Assembly (NCBI GenBank): GCA_021200695.1
Contig: JAJQGF010000336.1
Coordinates: 1 to 50,468, forward strand
Source: Lachnospiraceae bacterium
Lineage (GTDB): Bacteria; Bacillota; Clostridia; Lachnospirales; Lachnospiraceae
DNA length: 50,468 nt
Direction: 5' to 3'
Shown: positions 9,739-20,674 of the stretch, piece after piece
How positions within the stretch are numbered: the stretch's first letter is position 1
Layout of the letters: the number at the start of each line of letters is the position of its first letter
The notes under the pieces: model-generated
The model's database searches: none
The model's input: the letters and a program-made list of their open reading frames with translations, nothing else
Told to the model about the DNA's origin: nothing
Translations under genes and position numbers: made by a program

Positions 9739-12066
9739 TTATCCAGCAGTATAAAACAACTCAGAAAGCTCATCTGCGTGTTCTTGAAAAATCTTCAAAA
9801 GAAATGTATTCCAGTGCCGCGCATCCTGAGTGCTGCTTCCAAATACATAATCCTCTTGTCCATAATCAATAACATCGAACCCCGGTATCGCTTTGCTGGC
9901 TCCCGCTGTGCGGTAAGATACCGCATCCGCCAGAGAAAAAGATACATTCGTGATATCAGAAGCATCCACCCAGCCACTTAAATCAGTTCCAGTGGCATCG
10001 GTAGCAGTTCCATTGGTGGTCTGCCTCACTGCTTCAGCGGTTTCTACTTCCACGCCACCGGCATATTCTGCATACATCTGGTCAACATACAATGCGAAGG
10101 AACTGCTCAAAATTTCAGAAGGCACATGACCTCCATCCCACTGCCATTCAATCTCACAGTCTGTGCCTGCATTCAGCCACGCGATTTGAAGATTCAAAGA
10201 GGAGAACATGGACATATCACCTTCCGAAGCTCCCATAACGATACGCGTCCATACCGCATCCTCCGTACCATCATCCCCGATATAATTCAAAGGATTGTAT
10301 AACGAAACGATATTGTTTCCATATTCGTCTCCAGCTTCAATTTCAGCAATATCAGCAGCATAAGCTTCCACCATTTCTTCATAATTTGAGTAATTAGCGG
10401 AATCAACCGAACTTCCTGCTGCCTGAGTAGTGCCAGCATCCGGCGTGCCAACATCCATAGTATCACCGTTAGTATCAACATTTTCATTGATGACGGAAAC
10501 ATTATTGTTGAAATCATTTGTTATACCCTCTGGTATATCGCCATCCGGTAAGCGATCCGTTGTCCCGTCCTCCGGCATATCGCCATCCGATAAGCGATCC
10601 GTTGTTCTATCTTCCGGCATATCTCCTCCATCCGGTCCTTCCTCATCATTAAAGTCTGCCGCACCATTCATACCGCTTGGCAAACCTCCGCCTTTGCTGC
10701 CTGTACTGCCAGCCGCATACCGACCCTCGATAAATGCCTCTGCCTTTTCCTCGCTAGTCATTGCAGCCACATCTTCATCTGACAATGCATTACCATCCGC
10801 ATCAAACCATGTCCAGCCATCCGCATAGTCTAAATTATCCAGATACCATTGCAGATTCGAGATAAATTCGGCCAAATAAAGATCTAAATAAGAACCTCCA
10901 TAACCGTTCGTATCTGCGTACAGATTCTCATCATATTCAATCGTCAAGGCAATCACACTGTTCATTTCGCCATCTCCATCCAAATCAAAGCCAACATCGG
11001 ATTCCTTGACCGTCAGATTTTGTCCGTTAATATACTCCATATATGCATCAGACAGATACTCTGCCAACTGTGCCTGAAAATCAGAACCAAACTCATAGTC
11101 TGTATCAAGGTAATACTCAAAAGCCATCGCCATATCCGCCTCGTAGAGAGAGGTGATAGCACTGTAAGCAATACAGCCCCATGCTCCATCGGACAAATCA
11201 ACCTCCGCACCATCAATAGTAACTGTGGTGATATAGGTCCCGTCCTCATTCAAATAGCAGCCAACAGCCCCTACTTCCTCCTGATAAGGATAAAAGTCAG
11301 AGTTATTAGAGGTGGCTGCAAACATAGCAGCATGAGCACCTCCTCCGGAACCGCCGGTAGAAATAAAATAATCTACACTGCCGGGAAGATTGCCAAGCAA
11401 AATATTATACTTTACAAAACGAGCAGCTGCCTTTTGATCTGACAGGCACGAAGGGGCATCGCCAGTATAATAAACAATGCCATCCTCACCTGTAGCAGTG
11501 TCCTGCTTTCCTCGATTGCCGCATGACACATTAATGTAGCCTTCCGATGCATAAGTCGTTGCCGCAGTAGTATTGCTGGAAGAAGAATAGCCCGCCGCAC
11601 CGGTATTCAAAATCACAGGTGCAGTTGCCGCAGTATAAACCTGACCATTTGTACTGGTAATTTCCGCATCATAGTCAATGACCAAAGAACCGTTGACAGC
11701 CTCGGAGTAGTTATCCGCTGTTACATCAACTTCACTATCACCATCTATGTCAATACCAGTAACATAACCGGCAGGAACACATACAGAGACACCCTCCTCA
11801 TCTTCGATCTCCGGATATGCAACAGCCGAAACAATAGACATCACCCATGCTTCTGCGCCAGAATCATAACTCCATGTATAATCTGAATTATTTGCAAGAT
11901 TCAAAGCGTCTTCAATATACTCCTTGTCGGATAATAACGTACTGTTTTCCGAATTGCCGGCGGTTTCGTCCAATTCTGTTGCTTCAGAGCCGGAAGAACT
12001 GCTGCCGCAGGCGGTCAGACATAAAATCATAACTAATATACAACCCAATGCTGTTATTTTTTTCAT
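9739..12066 (-). CDS. Large acidic lipoprotein; tannase (subtype A)-like alpha/beta-hydrolase
   Basis: Lipobox LTAC; AP.CL.DQKAAARFVKYN...LPG and nucleophile elbow GGSGG; later W..GH. Confidence 0.65.
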   Translation of the reverse strand: MKKITALGCILVMILCLTACGSSSSGSEATELDETAGNSENSTLLSDKEYIEDALNLANNSDYTWSYDSGAEAWVMSIVSAVAYPEIEDEEGVSVCVPAGYVTGIDIDGDSEVDVTADNYSEAVNGSLVIDYDAEITSTNGQVYTAATAPVILNTGAAGYSSSSNTTAATTYASEGYINVSCGNRGKQDTATGEDGIVYYTGDAPSCLSDQKAAARFVKYNILLGNLPGSVDYFISTGGSGGGAHAAMFAATSNNSDFYPYQEEVGAVGCYLNEDGTYITTVTIDGAEVDLSDGAWGCIAYSAITSLYEADMAMAFEYYLDTDYEFGSDFQAQLAEYLSDAYMEYINGQNLTVKESDVGFDLDGDGEMNSVIALTIEYDENLYADTNGYGGSYLDLYLAEFISNLQWYLDNLDYADGWTWFDADGNALSDEDVAAMTSEEKAEAFIEGRYAAGSTGSKGGGLPSGMNGAADFNDEEGPDGGDMPEDRTTDRLSDGDMPEDGTTDRLPDGDIPEGITNDFNNNVSVINENVDTNGDTMDVGTPDAGTTQAAGSSVDSANYSNYEEMVEAYAADIAEIEAGDEYGNNIVSLYNPLNYIGDDGTEDAVWTRIVMGASEGDMSMFSSLNLQIAWLNAGTDCEIEWQWDGGHVPSEILSSSFALYVDQMYAEYAGGVEVETAEAVRQTTNGTATDATGTDLSGWVDASDITNVSFSLADAVSYRTAGASKAIPGFDVIDYGQEDYVFGSSTQDARHWNTFLLKIFQEHADELSELFYTAG
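10520..10630 (-). repeat. Intragenic 42-bp (14-aa) tandem repeat
   Basis: GDMPEDRTTDRLSD / GDMPEDGTTDRLPD / GDIPEGIT. Confidence 0.85.
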
Positions 12067-12109
12067 CAGAATATCCTCCTTTTTGTTTTCGGTTATTATT
12101 TTGATATGC

Positions 12110-12170
12110 TAGCATAGAAACCTTGAAAAAAGATTGAATATTTACATCTTTTTTCAAGGTTTCTATGCTA
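12110..12170. promoter_or_regulatory. Perfect 25-bp inverted repeat in the divergent promoter region
   Basis: TAGCATAGAAACCTTGAAAAAAGAT (12110-12134), 11-nt spacer, exact reverse complement at 12146-12170. Confidence 0.85.
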
Positions 12171-12256
12171 TAGTAGCTTTATTAGCTTATGCTAGTCTAT
12201 CATCCCACGCCAAGACTCGCGTGAGAGTTCTGAATCAATATAAGGAGGTTCCGGCG

Positions 12257-12940
12257 ATGAAAATATTGTTAGTAGAAGACGAGCCTCGGATGGCGGATGC
12301 ACTCAAAGAACTTCTCCATCAAGAAGGTTACGAAGTGGATTGTTTTTTCCGCGGCGATGATGGTCTGATGGCGATATGCAGCGGGCAATACGATGGTGCG
12401 ATTCTGGATGTGATGCTTCCTGCCTTGTCCGGTCTTTCTATTGTGACGCAGAGCAGAAAAGCAGGCATCCGCACACCGATTTTAATGCTCACTGCAAAAG
12501 GTGAATTAGAGGACAAAGTTGTTGGTCTGGATGCCGGAGCCGACGATTATTTAACGAAACCGTTTCAACCGCAGGAATTATTGGCAAGAATCCGCGCCTT
12601 ATGCCGCAGAGGACTATCATTGATAGAAAACAAGCCTTCGATTGGCGATTTGTCTTTGGATGTTAAGGCACTTACGCTGCATTGCAGCTCCACCGGACAA
12701 AGCGTTCACCTCAGTGAAAAGGAGTGCGGACTTCTGGAATATCTTCTCTCGAATCAGGGACAGATTTTATCCAAGGAGCAAATGGCGATAAAAATATGGG
12801 GATATGAAAACGAAGCAGAGTATAACAAGGTAGAGGTCTACATCTCCTTCATTCGGAAAAAGCTGGCTTTTGTAGGCTCTAACGTAGAAATTAAAGCAAT
12901 TCGCGGCGCAGGATATGAATTGAGGTGGAAATGTGAATAA
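12257..12940 (+). CDS. OmpR-family response regulator
   Basis: MKILLVEDE, LDVMLP, GADDYLTKPF, winged-helix IRGAGY; AAGGAGG RBS. Confidence 0.97.
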   Translation: MKILLVEDEPRMADALKELLHQEGYEVDCFFRGDDGLMAICSGQYDGAILDVMLPALSGLSIVTQSRKAGIRTPILMLTAKGELEDKVVGLDAGADDYLTKPFQPQELLARIRALCRRGLSLIENKPSIGDLSLDVKALTLHCSSTGQSVHLSEKECGLLEYLLSNQGQILSKEQMAIKIWGYENEAEYNKVEVYISFIRKKLAFVGSNVEIKAIRGAGYELRWKCE

Positions 12941-14234
12941 AAAACAATCTTGCAGTGTATTTCAGCGTTCCCGACGCCGCATTGTAGCTGTAATTATGGC
13001 GGTGTTTTTGCTGTTGTTTACCGTTACCTTAGCGGCAATCTATATCATCAGCTATCAGGAGCTATACCAGAAGAATCTGGATATGCTGGCAATCTACACA
13101 GAACAATATCAGAAAAATGGGAACCCAAGTCAAAGCAAACGCGGAGACGAACCCCCTATGGACAATAGTTCCCAAAAACAAAATGACGTACCAGACCAAA
13201 ACAGTATGCGATATCTGCTGGCATCCTTTTATTCTGTAGCCTTTGACGAGGATGGGCAGCCCTTGAGTGTCGATTTGGGTAATGGCATCCTTTACACAGA
13301 AGACCAGATTACCGGAGTGGCACAACAACTGCTGGATACGAATCGGACACAGGGAACCTGCGGTAATTTTGTCTACTGTATCACCCTTGACGACAGGTAC
13401 ACCCTTGTAACACTCATGGATAATACACTGAGCATAGACAGCTTTACTGCTCTGTTTCGCAATACACTGCTGCTGGGTGCAGTAATGGTAGCTGTTCTCT
13501 TTCTGTGTGCCACCCTTCTCGCACGTTGGATTATCCGTCCCTTAGAAGACAGTGACCGCCGACAGCGACAGTTTATCTCCGACGCCGGACATGAACTGAA
13601 AACACCGGTTTCCGTTGTCGAGGCAAATGCTGAACTATTGCAGCGGGAAATAGGCGCGAATAAGTGGCTGAACAATATTCGCTCTGAGAGTAATCGGATG
13701 TCCGGATTGGTCAGCGAACTTCTGACACTGGTGCGGACAGAGCGTGAAACGCCGCCAATGGAACCGTTGGATCTGGGACGTCTTGTACTGGGTGGAGTGC
13801 TTCCATTTGAAAGTATCGCATTCGAGGCAGGGCGTGAACTGGAGTGTCAGATTGATGAAAATATTATTATTCAGGGAAACCCTAGTCAGTTAAGTAAACT
13901 GATTTCCATTCTGATGGATAATGCGCTTTCGCATAGTGACGGAGCAGGTAACATAAGGATAACCCTGCATCAAGACAAAGCAGAGATCATCTTAACCATT
14001 TCCAATCCGGGCTTTATTCCAGAGCAAGACAGAGAAGAAATCTTTGAACGCTTTTATCGAAGTAATGCAGAACGCAGCGATACAGGACATTACGGTTTAG
14101 GGTTAACGATTGCAAAAAATATCGTGGCAGAGCATCAAGGAAAAATATATGTGATGTGCCTCGATGGGCAAGTGTCTTTTTGCATTCATTTTCCACATAA
14201 AGACAAACGAATCCCTTTGCGGCTTTTCGGTTAA
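12933..14234 (+). CDS. Sensor histidine kinase
   Basis: 2 TM segments, H-box DAGHELKTP, N-box DNA, IFERFYR, GLGL. Confidence 0.97.
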   Translation: MNKKQSCSVFQRSRRRIVAVIMAVFLLLFTVTLAAIYIISYQELYQKNLDMLAIYTEQYQKNGNPSQSKRGDEPPMDNSSQKQNDVPDQNSMRYLLASFYSVAFDEDGQPLSVDLGNGILYTEDQITGVAQQLLDTNRTQGTCGNFVYCITLDDRYTLVTLMDNTLSIDSFTALFRNTLLLGAVMVAVLFLCATLLARWIIRPLEDSDRRQRQFISDAGHELKTPVSVVEANAELLQREIGANKWLNNIRSESNRMSGLVSELLTLVRTERETPPMEPLDLGRLVLGGVLPFESIAFEAGRELECQIDENIIIQGNPSQLSKLISILMDNALSHSDGAGNIRITLHQDKAEIILTISNPGFIPEQDREEIFERFYRSNAERSDTGHYGLGLTIAKNIVAEHQGKIYVMCLDGQVSFCIHFPHKDKRIPLRLFG

Positions 14235-14345
14235 AAAGGCAAGCCGGTCAGCACCTAGAATTTGCTCCCCTTTTCTTTCTCAAGCGTGTCTGTATCTGCG
14301 TGAAACCTCATATGATTGTAAAGTCACGAAGATGCGGTGAGTAAA

Positions 14346-14840
14346 TCATCCATCAAGAATAGCCTTCCACTCACTCACCAGCCTTTGAAGCGAATATGCC
14401 GCATTTGCGGGGCTGGTGGAGGGAAGGATAATTATTTCTTGACCTGTTTTATCCTGCACATATTTTCTGTATAATCTGCCGGCTGTATTGCCATTGGCAA
14501 AGATATGACGGATATTTGTCTGTTTTAATAAATATCCTATATCTGCCGGAATGACATTTCTTATACTGCTGTCGGATGAACCCTTAATATCGCATTCGGA
14601 AATGACATCCCATATGGCAATCTGTCCCCAAAGAAGCATTTCCTTTTTTTCTTCGATTGTCTTCGGCTCGTCACATTTCAAAATTTCTGAAATTACCAGC
14701 CAAAAACGGTTCCTCGGATTTCCATAATAAAACCCCTGCTCTCTTGACTTTACGGAAGGAAGGCTTCCCAATATTAAAATTTTCGAGTTATGATCAAATA
14801 TCGGCTTAAATGTATGCCTGATATGACTATATTCCGCCAT
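14346..14840 (-). CDS. UDG-superfamily DNA-deoxyinosine glycosylase (Mug-like)
   Basis: ILGSLPSVKS...YGNPRNRFW, LPSTSPANA. Confidence 0.9.
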   Translation of the reverse strand: MAEYSHIRHTFKPIFDHNSKILILGSLPSVKSREQGFYYGNPRNRFWLVISEILKCDEPKTIEEKKEMLLWGQIAIWDVISECDIKGSSDSSIRNVIPADIGYLLKQTNIRHIFANGNTAGRLYRKYVQDKTGQEIIILPSTSPANAAYSLQRLVSEWKAILDG

Positions 14841-15069
14841 TCATTTCTCTCCTCTCCAATCAGCAAATGAATGATAAAGGCGAGTATAAGCTCTCATCTG
14901 ATATACTATCATAATCCGGAAAAAATTTGTACCACTCTTTTTCATCTCAGATAACCGCTTAGATAGCCTGAAAAAATATGAAAATGGAACTTCTCATTAT
15001 AATTTGTTTGTGCTATACTCTTTTAGTTGTTATTAGACAATATATCAGATGAGAGATGAGGAATGTACT

Positions 15070-16107
15070 ATGGATTTTTTAAAAAAGAACTGGATGGGAA
15101 TGGGCTTCTGTCTCATTCTTGCAATAATCGCATATCTTTTGGGAAAACAATTTCCCATCATTGGCGGACCTGTCTTCGGGATTCTGCTGGGCATGATTAT
15201 AACTCTGATTCTAAAAGATAAAAGCAAATTAGAAGCCGGAATTAAATTTACGTCTAAGAAGATTCTGCAATATGCAGTCGTACTTCTCGGCTTCGGCTTA
15301 AACTTGAATGTTATTTTAAAGACCGGTGCGCAATCTCTGCCAATTATAATCAGCACCATTGCCACATCCCTTGTGCTTGCTTTTGTCCTTAGCAAGATTA
15401 TGCATATTCCGGGCAAAATTTCTACTCTCATTGGCGTCGGTTCTTCCATTTGCGGGGGCTCCGCCATCGCAGCAACAGCTCCGGTTATTGAAGCAGACGA
15501 CGAAGAAGTAGCTCAGGCAATCTCGGTGATATTTTTTTATAACGTATTAGCCGCTTTAATTTTTCCTCATTTTGGCTCACTGATAGGATTTTCACAGACA
15601 AGCGGTGAAGCATTTGGCATATTTGCAGGAACAGCTGTCAATGACACATCTTCTGTAACAGCCTGCGCTGCAACATGGGACAATATGTGGAATCTCGGAA
15701 GCGCCACACTTGATAAAGCTGTCACCGTAAAACTTACAAGAACCCTTGCCATCATTCCGATTACACTTGTCCTTTCCGTAATTCAAGCAAAGAAAGCAAA
15801 AAAAGGAAATGCAGAAGGTTCCACTTTTAAATTTTCAAAAGTTTTTCCATTCTTCATTCTCTTTTTTCTCGCTGCGTCTGTTATTACTACGGTTGCAACG
15901 AACCTTGGTGTATCCTCGGATATTTTTGACCCAATCAAAGAACTGAGCAAGTTCTTTATTATCTGGGCTATGGTTGCAATCGGATTAAACACAAATATCG
16001 TGAAATTGGTTAAAACAGGTGGCAAGCCACTCCTGCTAGGTTTTTGTTGTTGGTGCGGAATCACTGCTGTAAGTTTATTGATGCAGCATGTACTTGGGAT
16101 TTGGTAG
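15070..16107 (+). CDS. YeiH/putative sulfate exporter family membrane protein
   Basis: [27 protein letters not shown]; multiple TM segments. Confidence 0.92.
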   Translation: MDFLKKNWMGMGFCLILAIIAYLLGKQFPIIGGPVFGILLGMIITLILKDKSKLEAGIKFTSKKILQYAVVLLGFGLNLNVILKTGAQSLPIIISTIATSLVLAFVLSKIMHIPGKISTLIGVGSSICGGSAIAATAPVIEADDEEVAQAISVIFFYNVLAALIFPHFGSLIGFSQTSGEAFGIFAGTAVNDTSSVTACAATWDNMWNLGSATLDKAVTVKLTRTLAIIPITLVLSVIQAKKAKKGNAEGSTFKFSKVFPFFILFFLAASVITTVATNLGVSSDIFDPIKELSKFFIIWAMVAIGLNTNIVKLVKTGGKPLLLGFCCWCGITAVSLLMQHVLGIW

Positions 16108-16299
16108 AGGGAAGGCATAGTTTTCCCCTCGTATCATATCTTCCGTTCCTTCTGGTTCTTCCTCCGTATCTGATTGACTGCTTGTAACTGAAACGGTGCT
16201 GCTTTTAGAATCAGACGATGACTTTCCGCCTTCAGAATTGCAGGCTATTAACGTTACAATCATACAGGCAGATAATAAAAACACAATCCAACGCTTCAC
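16108..16299 (-). pseudogene. Truncated lipoprotein remnant (signal peptide and Ser-rich linker only)
   Basis: [20 protein letters not shown] then S/E-rich linker; the frame runs into the convergent yeiH-like gene. Confidence 0.6.
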
Positions 16300-16880
16300 A
16301 CTACCACTCCTTCCGTATTTTCAATAAATTTGATTATCTTTGCCGGTACGCCACCTACTACAGCAAACGGTGGTGCATCCTTATCCACTACTGCCCCCGC
16401 TGCGACAACCGCCCACTCTCCGATCGATACACCCGGAAGAATTGTGGAATTAGAGCCTATCCATACATGGCTTCCAATTTTAATAGGTGCATAATGGTTT
16501 TTACGATTGTTTTTTGGCAGCAAATCGTGGTTGATGGTGGCAAGCACCACATTATGCCCGATTAGCACACCATCTCCGATTTCAATTCCACCCTGATCTT
16601 GAAAGTGACAGCCCGAATTAATAAAAACATCTTTTCCAATATGAATATTTTTTCCAAAATCCGTATAAAAAGGAGGAAACAAGCGGAAACCGTTGTCTAT
16701 CTGTTTTCCAATCAGTCTACTCATAATTTCTCTGATTTCCTCAGGTGTATGATACTGATTGTTCATCTCCATTCCAATACGGATTGCTTCCTGAAAAAGA
16801 GAATCCGCATAGTTATGCCATTCGATGGTATCCGGCTCGCCTTCGCGGAATCCCTTTATAATGTCTTCTACCGTTATCAT
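16296..16880 (-). CDS. Hexapeptide-repeat sugar O-acetyltransferase (Maa-like)
   Basis: [14 protein letters not shown], LbH repeats, [11 protein letters not shown]. Confidence 0.92.
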   Translation of the reverse strand: MITVEDIIKGFREGEPDTIEWHNYADSLFQEAIRIGMEMNNQYHTPEEIREIMSRLIGKQIDNGFRLFPPFYTDFGKNIHIGKDVFINSGCHFQDQGGIEIGDGVLIGHNVVLATINHDLLPKNNRKNHYAPIKIGSHVWIGSNSTILPGVSIGEWAVVAAGAVVDKDAPPFAVVGGVPAKIIKFIENTEGVVV

Positions 16881-16888
16881 AACTTTCC

Positions 16889-18061
16889 TCACAGGCACAT
16901 TTCATATATTTTTTCAACATCACTGGAAGACAACATTTTCAGACCGCTTATTGTTCCGCCCATACAAGCATGTTCCGCCATTGCCTTAAAGTGCATATTA
17001 TCAATTTGCAAATCGGTAAGCGTAGATTCCAGCCCCAACGTTACAAAACAGAAATTTGAAACAGCTTCAATCGCCTTCTTGGCTCCGTCCATAGTTCCAA
17101 GACCATCCTCCACGCCAAATACCGTTTTACCAAGACGATAAATGGAGGGTGCAGTGTCATTATCCAGAATATAAGAAAGCCAACGTGGGGTGAGAATAGC
17201 AAGACCATGTCCATGGGTAATATCATAATAAGCGGACAACTCATGTTCCATCATGTGGCAGGCGCAGCCGTGAACCGTTCCACCATCTAGCACAGTATTA
17301 AGTGCCATTGAAGATGCCCACATGAGATTCGCCCTTGCCTCATAATTTTCAGGCTCCTTCATAGCGACCGGTACCCACTTTACAACAGTGCGCATCACTG
17401 CCTCCTGCATCTCCAAAAGCAGGTCAAACGTTGCATCTCCTGCAAAATAATAATTATCAAGTACATGGTTGAAAATATCGAATGCACCGCAAGCTGTCTG
17501 ATAAGCAGGGAGCGTAAAACTATATTCAGGATTTTCAAAGGCTACTCTTGGAATAAGCGCAGAGCCGCCCAGTCCAATTTTTTCGTTGGTATCCATGTTG
17601 GAAATCACCGCCCATGCATCCATCTCAGAGCCTGTTGCTGCATTGGTAAGAATTGCAACAAGTGGAAGTGCCTTCGTTACCCAGACACCTCCCGATACCA
17701 GCGGCCATACATTCCCATCATTCGTAAGAGCAGCGGCAGCAATTCCTTTTGCGCAGTCGATTGTGGAACCGCCTCCTGCTGCCAGAATCACATCAATATC
17801 CTTCGATTTGCAGATAGAGGCACCTTTATTTACTGTGGAATGTCTCGGATTTGGCTCAACGCCTGATAACTCGAACAATTCAATATCAGCGGACTTGCTA
17901 AGCGAAACAATCTCATCATAAAGTCCATTTTCTTTGATAGATCCTCCACCGTATACAAGTAGTACCTTTTTACCGAAAGCGAGCAATTCTTGCGGCAGAT
18001 GTTTGATTTGGTTTTTGCCAAAATACACCTTATCAGGATTATGAAAAATAAAGTCGTTCAT
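16889..18061 (-). CDS. Iron-containing alcohol dehydrogenase (Bdh/YqhD-like)
   Basis: GGGS motifs, [32 protein letters not shown]. Confidence 0.93.
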   Translation of the reverse strand: MNDFIFHNPDKVYFGKNQIKHLPQELLAFGKKVLLVYGGGSIKENGLYDEIVSLSKSADIELFELSGVEPNPRHSTVNKGASICKSKDIDVILAAGGGSTIDCAKGIAAAALTNDGNVWPLVSGGVWVTKALPLVAILTNAATGSEMDAWAVISNMDTNEKIGLGGSALIPRVAFENPEYSFTLPAYQTACGAFDIFNHVLDNYYFAGDATFDLLLEMQEAVMRTVVKWVPVAMKEPENYEARANLMWASSMALNTVLDGGTVHGCACHMMEHELSAYYDITHGHGLAILTPRWLSYILDNDTAPSIYRLGKTVFGVEDGLGTMDGAKKAIEAVSNFCFVTLGLESTLTDLQIDNMHFKAMAEHACMGGTISGLKMLSSSDVEKIYEMCL

Positions 18062-18278
18062 TGTATTTCCTCCAATTTTAATTTATTTAGGCACTTTACG
18101 AATACAAGCCGGATGAAAAAGTCCAGTCGCTTGAGTCCTTTGATTTTGCCCTAAATTTATTATAGCTAAGCGCCATGAAATATCAAATACATATCAGATA
18201 TTCAGTTTCATACTTGAAAGGTATGGGATTGGATACTATCATATAAGCAAAATCTTGTAAGACAAGGAGGAACCGCAG

Positions 18279-19157
18279 ATGGACATTCGAGTGCTACAAT
18301 ATTTTCTTGCTGTTGCGCGAGAGGAGAGCATTACAAAAGCCGCTGAATCACTGAATATGACACAACCGCCACTTTCCCGTCAACTAAAGGATTTGGAAGA
18401 CGAACTCGGCAAACAGCTTTTGATACGCGGAAGTAAAAAAGTTACATTGACGGATGATGGAATCCTTCTCAGGCAACGTGCAGAAGAATTGGTTGACTTA
18501 ATGGAAAAGACAAAAAGCGAAATTATGTCAACCGATTACAATATAAGTGGGGATATTTATATCGGCGGTGGGGAGTCTGATGCGATTTCTTTTCTGGCTC
18601 AGATTGCGTGCGATTTACAACGTGAATATCCCCATATACATTATCATATCTACAGTGGAGATGCGGAACGTGTTTCAGAAAAGCTAAATAAAGGGCTTAT
18701 TGATTTTGGACTTTTTGTTACTGCACCAACAGATATTGAAAAATATAATTACGTGCGGTTGCCCAAAAAAGATACATGGGGAATTATCATGCGTAACGAC
18801 AGCCCACTTGCTGACAAAGATGTTATCTATGCAGAGGATTTATGGGATAAACCCCTAATCGTTTCACATCAGGCATCCAAAAGCAGCGAATTGTTTCAGT
18901 GGCTAAGAAAAAGCGAATCTGAACTGAATATTGTCATGAAATATGACTTAATTTACAATGCATCTCAGTTTGTCAAAAAAGGTTTTGGTTATGTAATAGG
19001 TCTTGATAAACTCATCAACACCGCCGGAGACAGTAATCTATGTTTTCGTTCTCTCCATCCCGCATGGGAATCTGAACTTTTTGTTGTATGGAAAAAGTAT
19101 CAGGTGTTTTCAAGACCAGCAAGCATCTATTTGAAACGCATTCAAAGCACACTTTAG
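18279..19157 (+). CDS. LysR-family regulator
   Basis: ITKAAESLNMTQPPLSRQLKDLEDELG HTH. Confidence 0.96.
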   Translation: MDIRVLQYFLAVAREESITKAAESLNMTQPPLSRQLKDLEDELGKQLLIRGSKKVTLTDDGILLRQRAEELVDLMEKTKSEIMSTDYNISGDIYIGGGESDAISFLAQIACDLQREYPHIHYHIYSGDAERVSEKLNKGLIDFGLFVTAPTDIEKYNYVRLPKKDTWGIIMRNDSPLADKDVIYAEDLWDKPLIVSHQASKSSELFQWLRKSESELNIVMKYDLIYNASQFVKKGFGYVIGLDKLINTAGDSNLCFRSLHPAWESELFVVWKKYQVFSRPASIYLKRIQSTL

Positions 19158-19231
19158 TTTCTAGAGGATTTTTACTTTTTCCCTTATACGCAATCGCTTT
19201 TTGAGCGTAAGCGAAAAACTGTCAATCATAA

Positions 19232-19268
19232 AAGGGATATTCCAACCCACTATTTTGGAATATCCCTT
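19232..19268. terminator. Hairpin terminator between convergent genes
   Basis: Perfect AAGGGATATTCCAA/TTGGAATATCCCTT stem. Confidence 0.75.
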
Positions 19269-19312
19269 GTTCTTATTTTTTATCGTTTCTTTGATTGTCT
19301 GCCGCCTATAAG

Positions 19313-20176
19313 TTAATCCAAACGGAAAAACAGGGTATCATCATTCGCAACATCATAAATATACTGTCCATCTCCATTTTCCCAAGCAATAGATGCATCA
19401 TATAAACCGCAAACCGTTCCGTCATATCCTACAGGAAGTAAATATTCATACACATACGTAACTGTTAATATTTGTCCTTCCCAACCACCACTATTAGATA
19501 CGTGCTTTCTACACTCTGCATAGTCCTGTCCGTTCCAATTCGTCGTAAAAGTGCCCACATCATCATCATCATAAACCACACTGTCATCATGCCCAATCAC
19601 ATCATAATAATCCTCACTACACGCCTCTGTCAAACAACCATAATTATTAGCATTCTCATCAGAAAAAACAACCTGTATGGTGACTGTTTTCCACTCATAT
19701 CCTTCTTTTGCCTCATGGGTATCATCAGAGGAAAATGTCTGATAATCTGTAACCGTAGCCTGTCCTACTGTTGTTACACTGGAATCATCGTAACATACCG
19801 TCACATAATCATAGGTCTCTCCAAGTTCCATAAACTGTCCCTGTACGTTATACTCCTCAAAGGCAGGTGTTAGTGGTTCTCCCACCGTTTCGCCGCATAC
19901 TTCACAAGTAGCCGCCTGCTGATAATTCGCTTCGGTCAAAGTATGCTCCAAGGGATCTCCTTCTGTTTCTCCGCACACACTGCAATGCTTTGCTTCTGTG
20001 CAAGTAGCCTCTACCCATGTATGCCCCAGTGCTTCACCTTCTGTTTCTCCACATTTGGCACAGGTCATAGGCTCCGTACATGTGGCTTCCTGCCATTCAT
20101 GGTTTATACAACAACCTGCCAGCATATAGCAGACTGCAAACGCACCAATTAGGCATAAAAATTTTTTGTGTTTCAT
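19313..20176 (-). CDS. Lipoprotein with His/Cys (H-x-W..ATC...CxxCG) repeats
   Basis: Lipobox LAGC; three ~26-aa repeats, each with CxxCGET. Confidence 0.8.
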   Translation of the reverse strand: MKHKKFLCLIGAFAVCYMLAGCCINHEWQEATCTEPMTCAKCGETEGEALGHTWVEATCTEAKHCSVCGETEGDPLEHTLTEANYQQAATCEVCGETVGEPLTPAFEEYNVQGQFMELGETYDYVTVCYDDSSVTTVGQATVTDYQTFSSDDTHEAKEGYEWKTVTIQVVFSDENANNYGCLTEACSEDYYDVIGHDDSVVYDDDDVGTFTTNWNGQDYAECRKHVSNSGGWEGQILTVTYVYEYLLPVGYDGTVCGLYDASIAWENGDGQYIYDVANDDTLFFRLD

Positions 20177-20315
20177 ATAATTTCTCCTCCCACGTATAAA
20201 TTTTTTACCCACATATTATACTCAATATATTGAGCATAGTCAAGCAATTAAGTATGTTACTGTAATCATTGTAGAGAAGTCCATCGTAGAGAATAAAAAT
20301 TGGAGATGATAAAAT

Positions 20316-20519
20316 TTGATTTCTTATGAACCTTTATTTGAGACTATGCAAAAGAAAGGCATTACAGAGTATAACCTAATATACAAGCAGGGAATGTCGT
20401 CGAATACGATACATCGGATTAAAAAAGGGCTGCCATTTACTACGGAAACATTAGATACACTTTGTTTTATACTGGATTGCGAGGTGTCGGATGTATTACG
20501 ACATGATAAAACGAAATAA
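20316..20519 (+). CDS. Small Cro/C1-type HTH regulator
   Basis: MISYEPLF...TIHRIKKG...TETLDTLC..LDCEVSD; palindrome CTCAATATATTGAG (20221-20234) upstream. Confidence 0.85.
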   Translation: MISYEPLFETMQKKGITEYNLIYKQGMSSNTIHRIKKGLPFTTETLDTLCFILDCEVSDVLRHDKTK

Positions 20520-20674
20520 TAGAAATATAATCCGTCTTCATATAGGTTTTGACTTTACTTCTGGCAGATGACAGCAAAAATCCAGAGGTAATTTATGCTC
20601 TTTTTTCATTTCTGCGGTTTCCTGACAATTACGTTCAACCCATCTATGCCTTGTTATGACAAATTTTACAAATC

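Noticed and set aside
12110-12170. 25-bp inverted repeat as an invertible promoter
   Set aside because: An 11-bp spacer is too short to hold a promoter, and no invertase is adjacent
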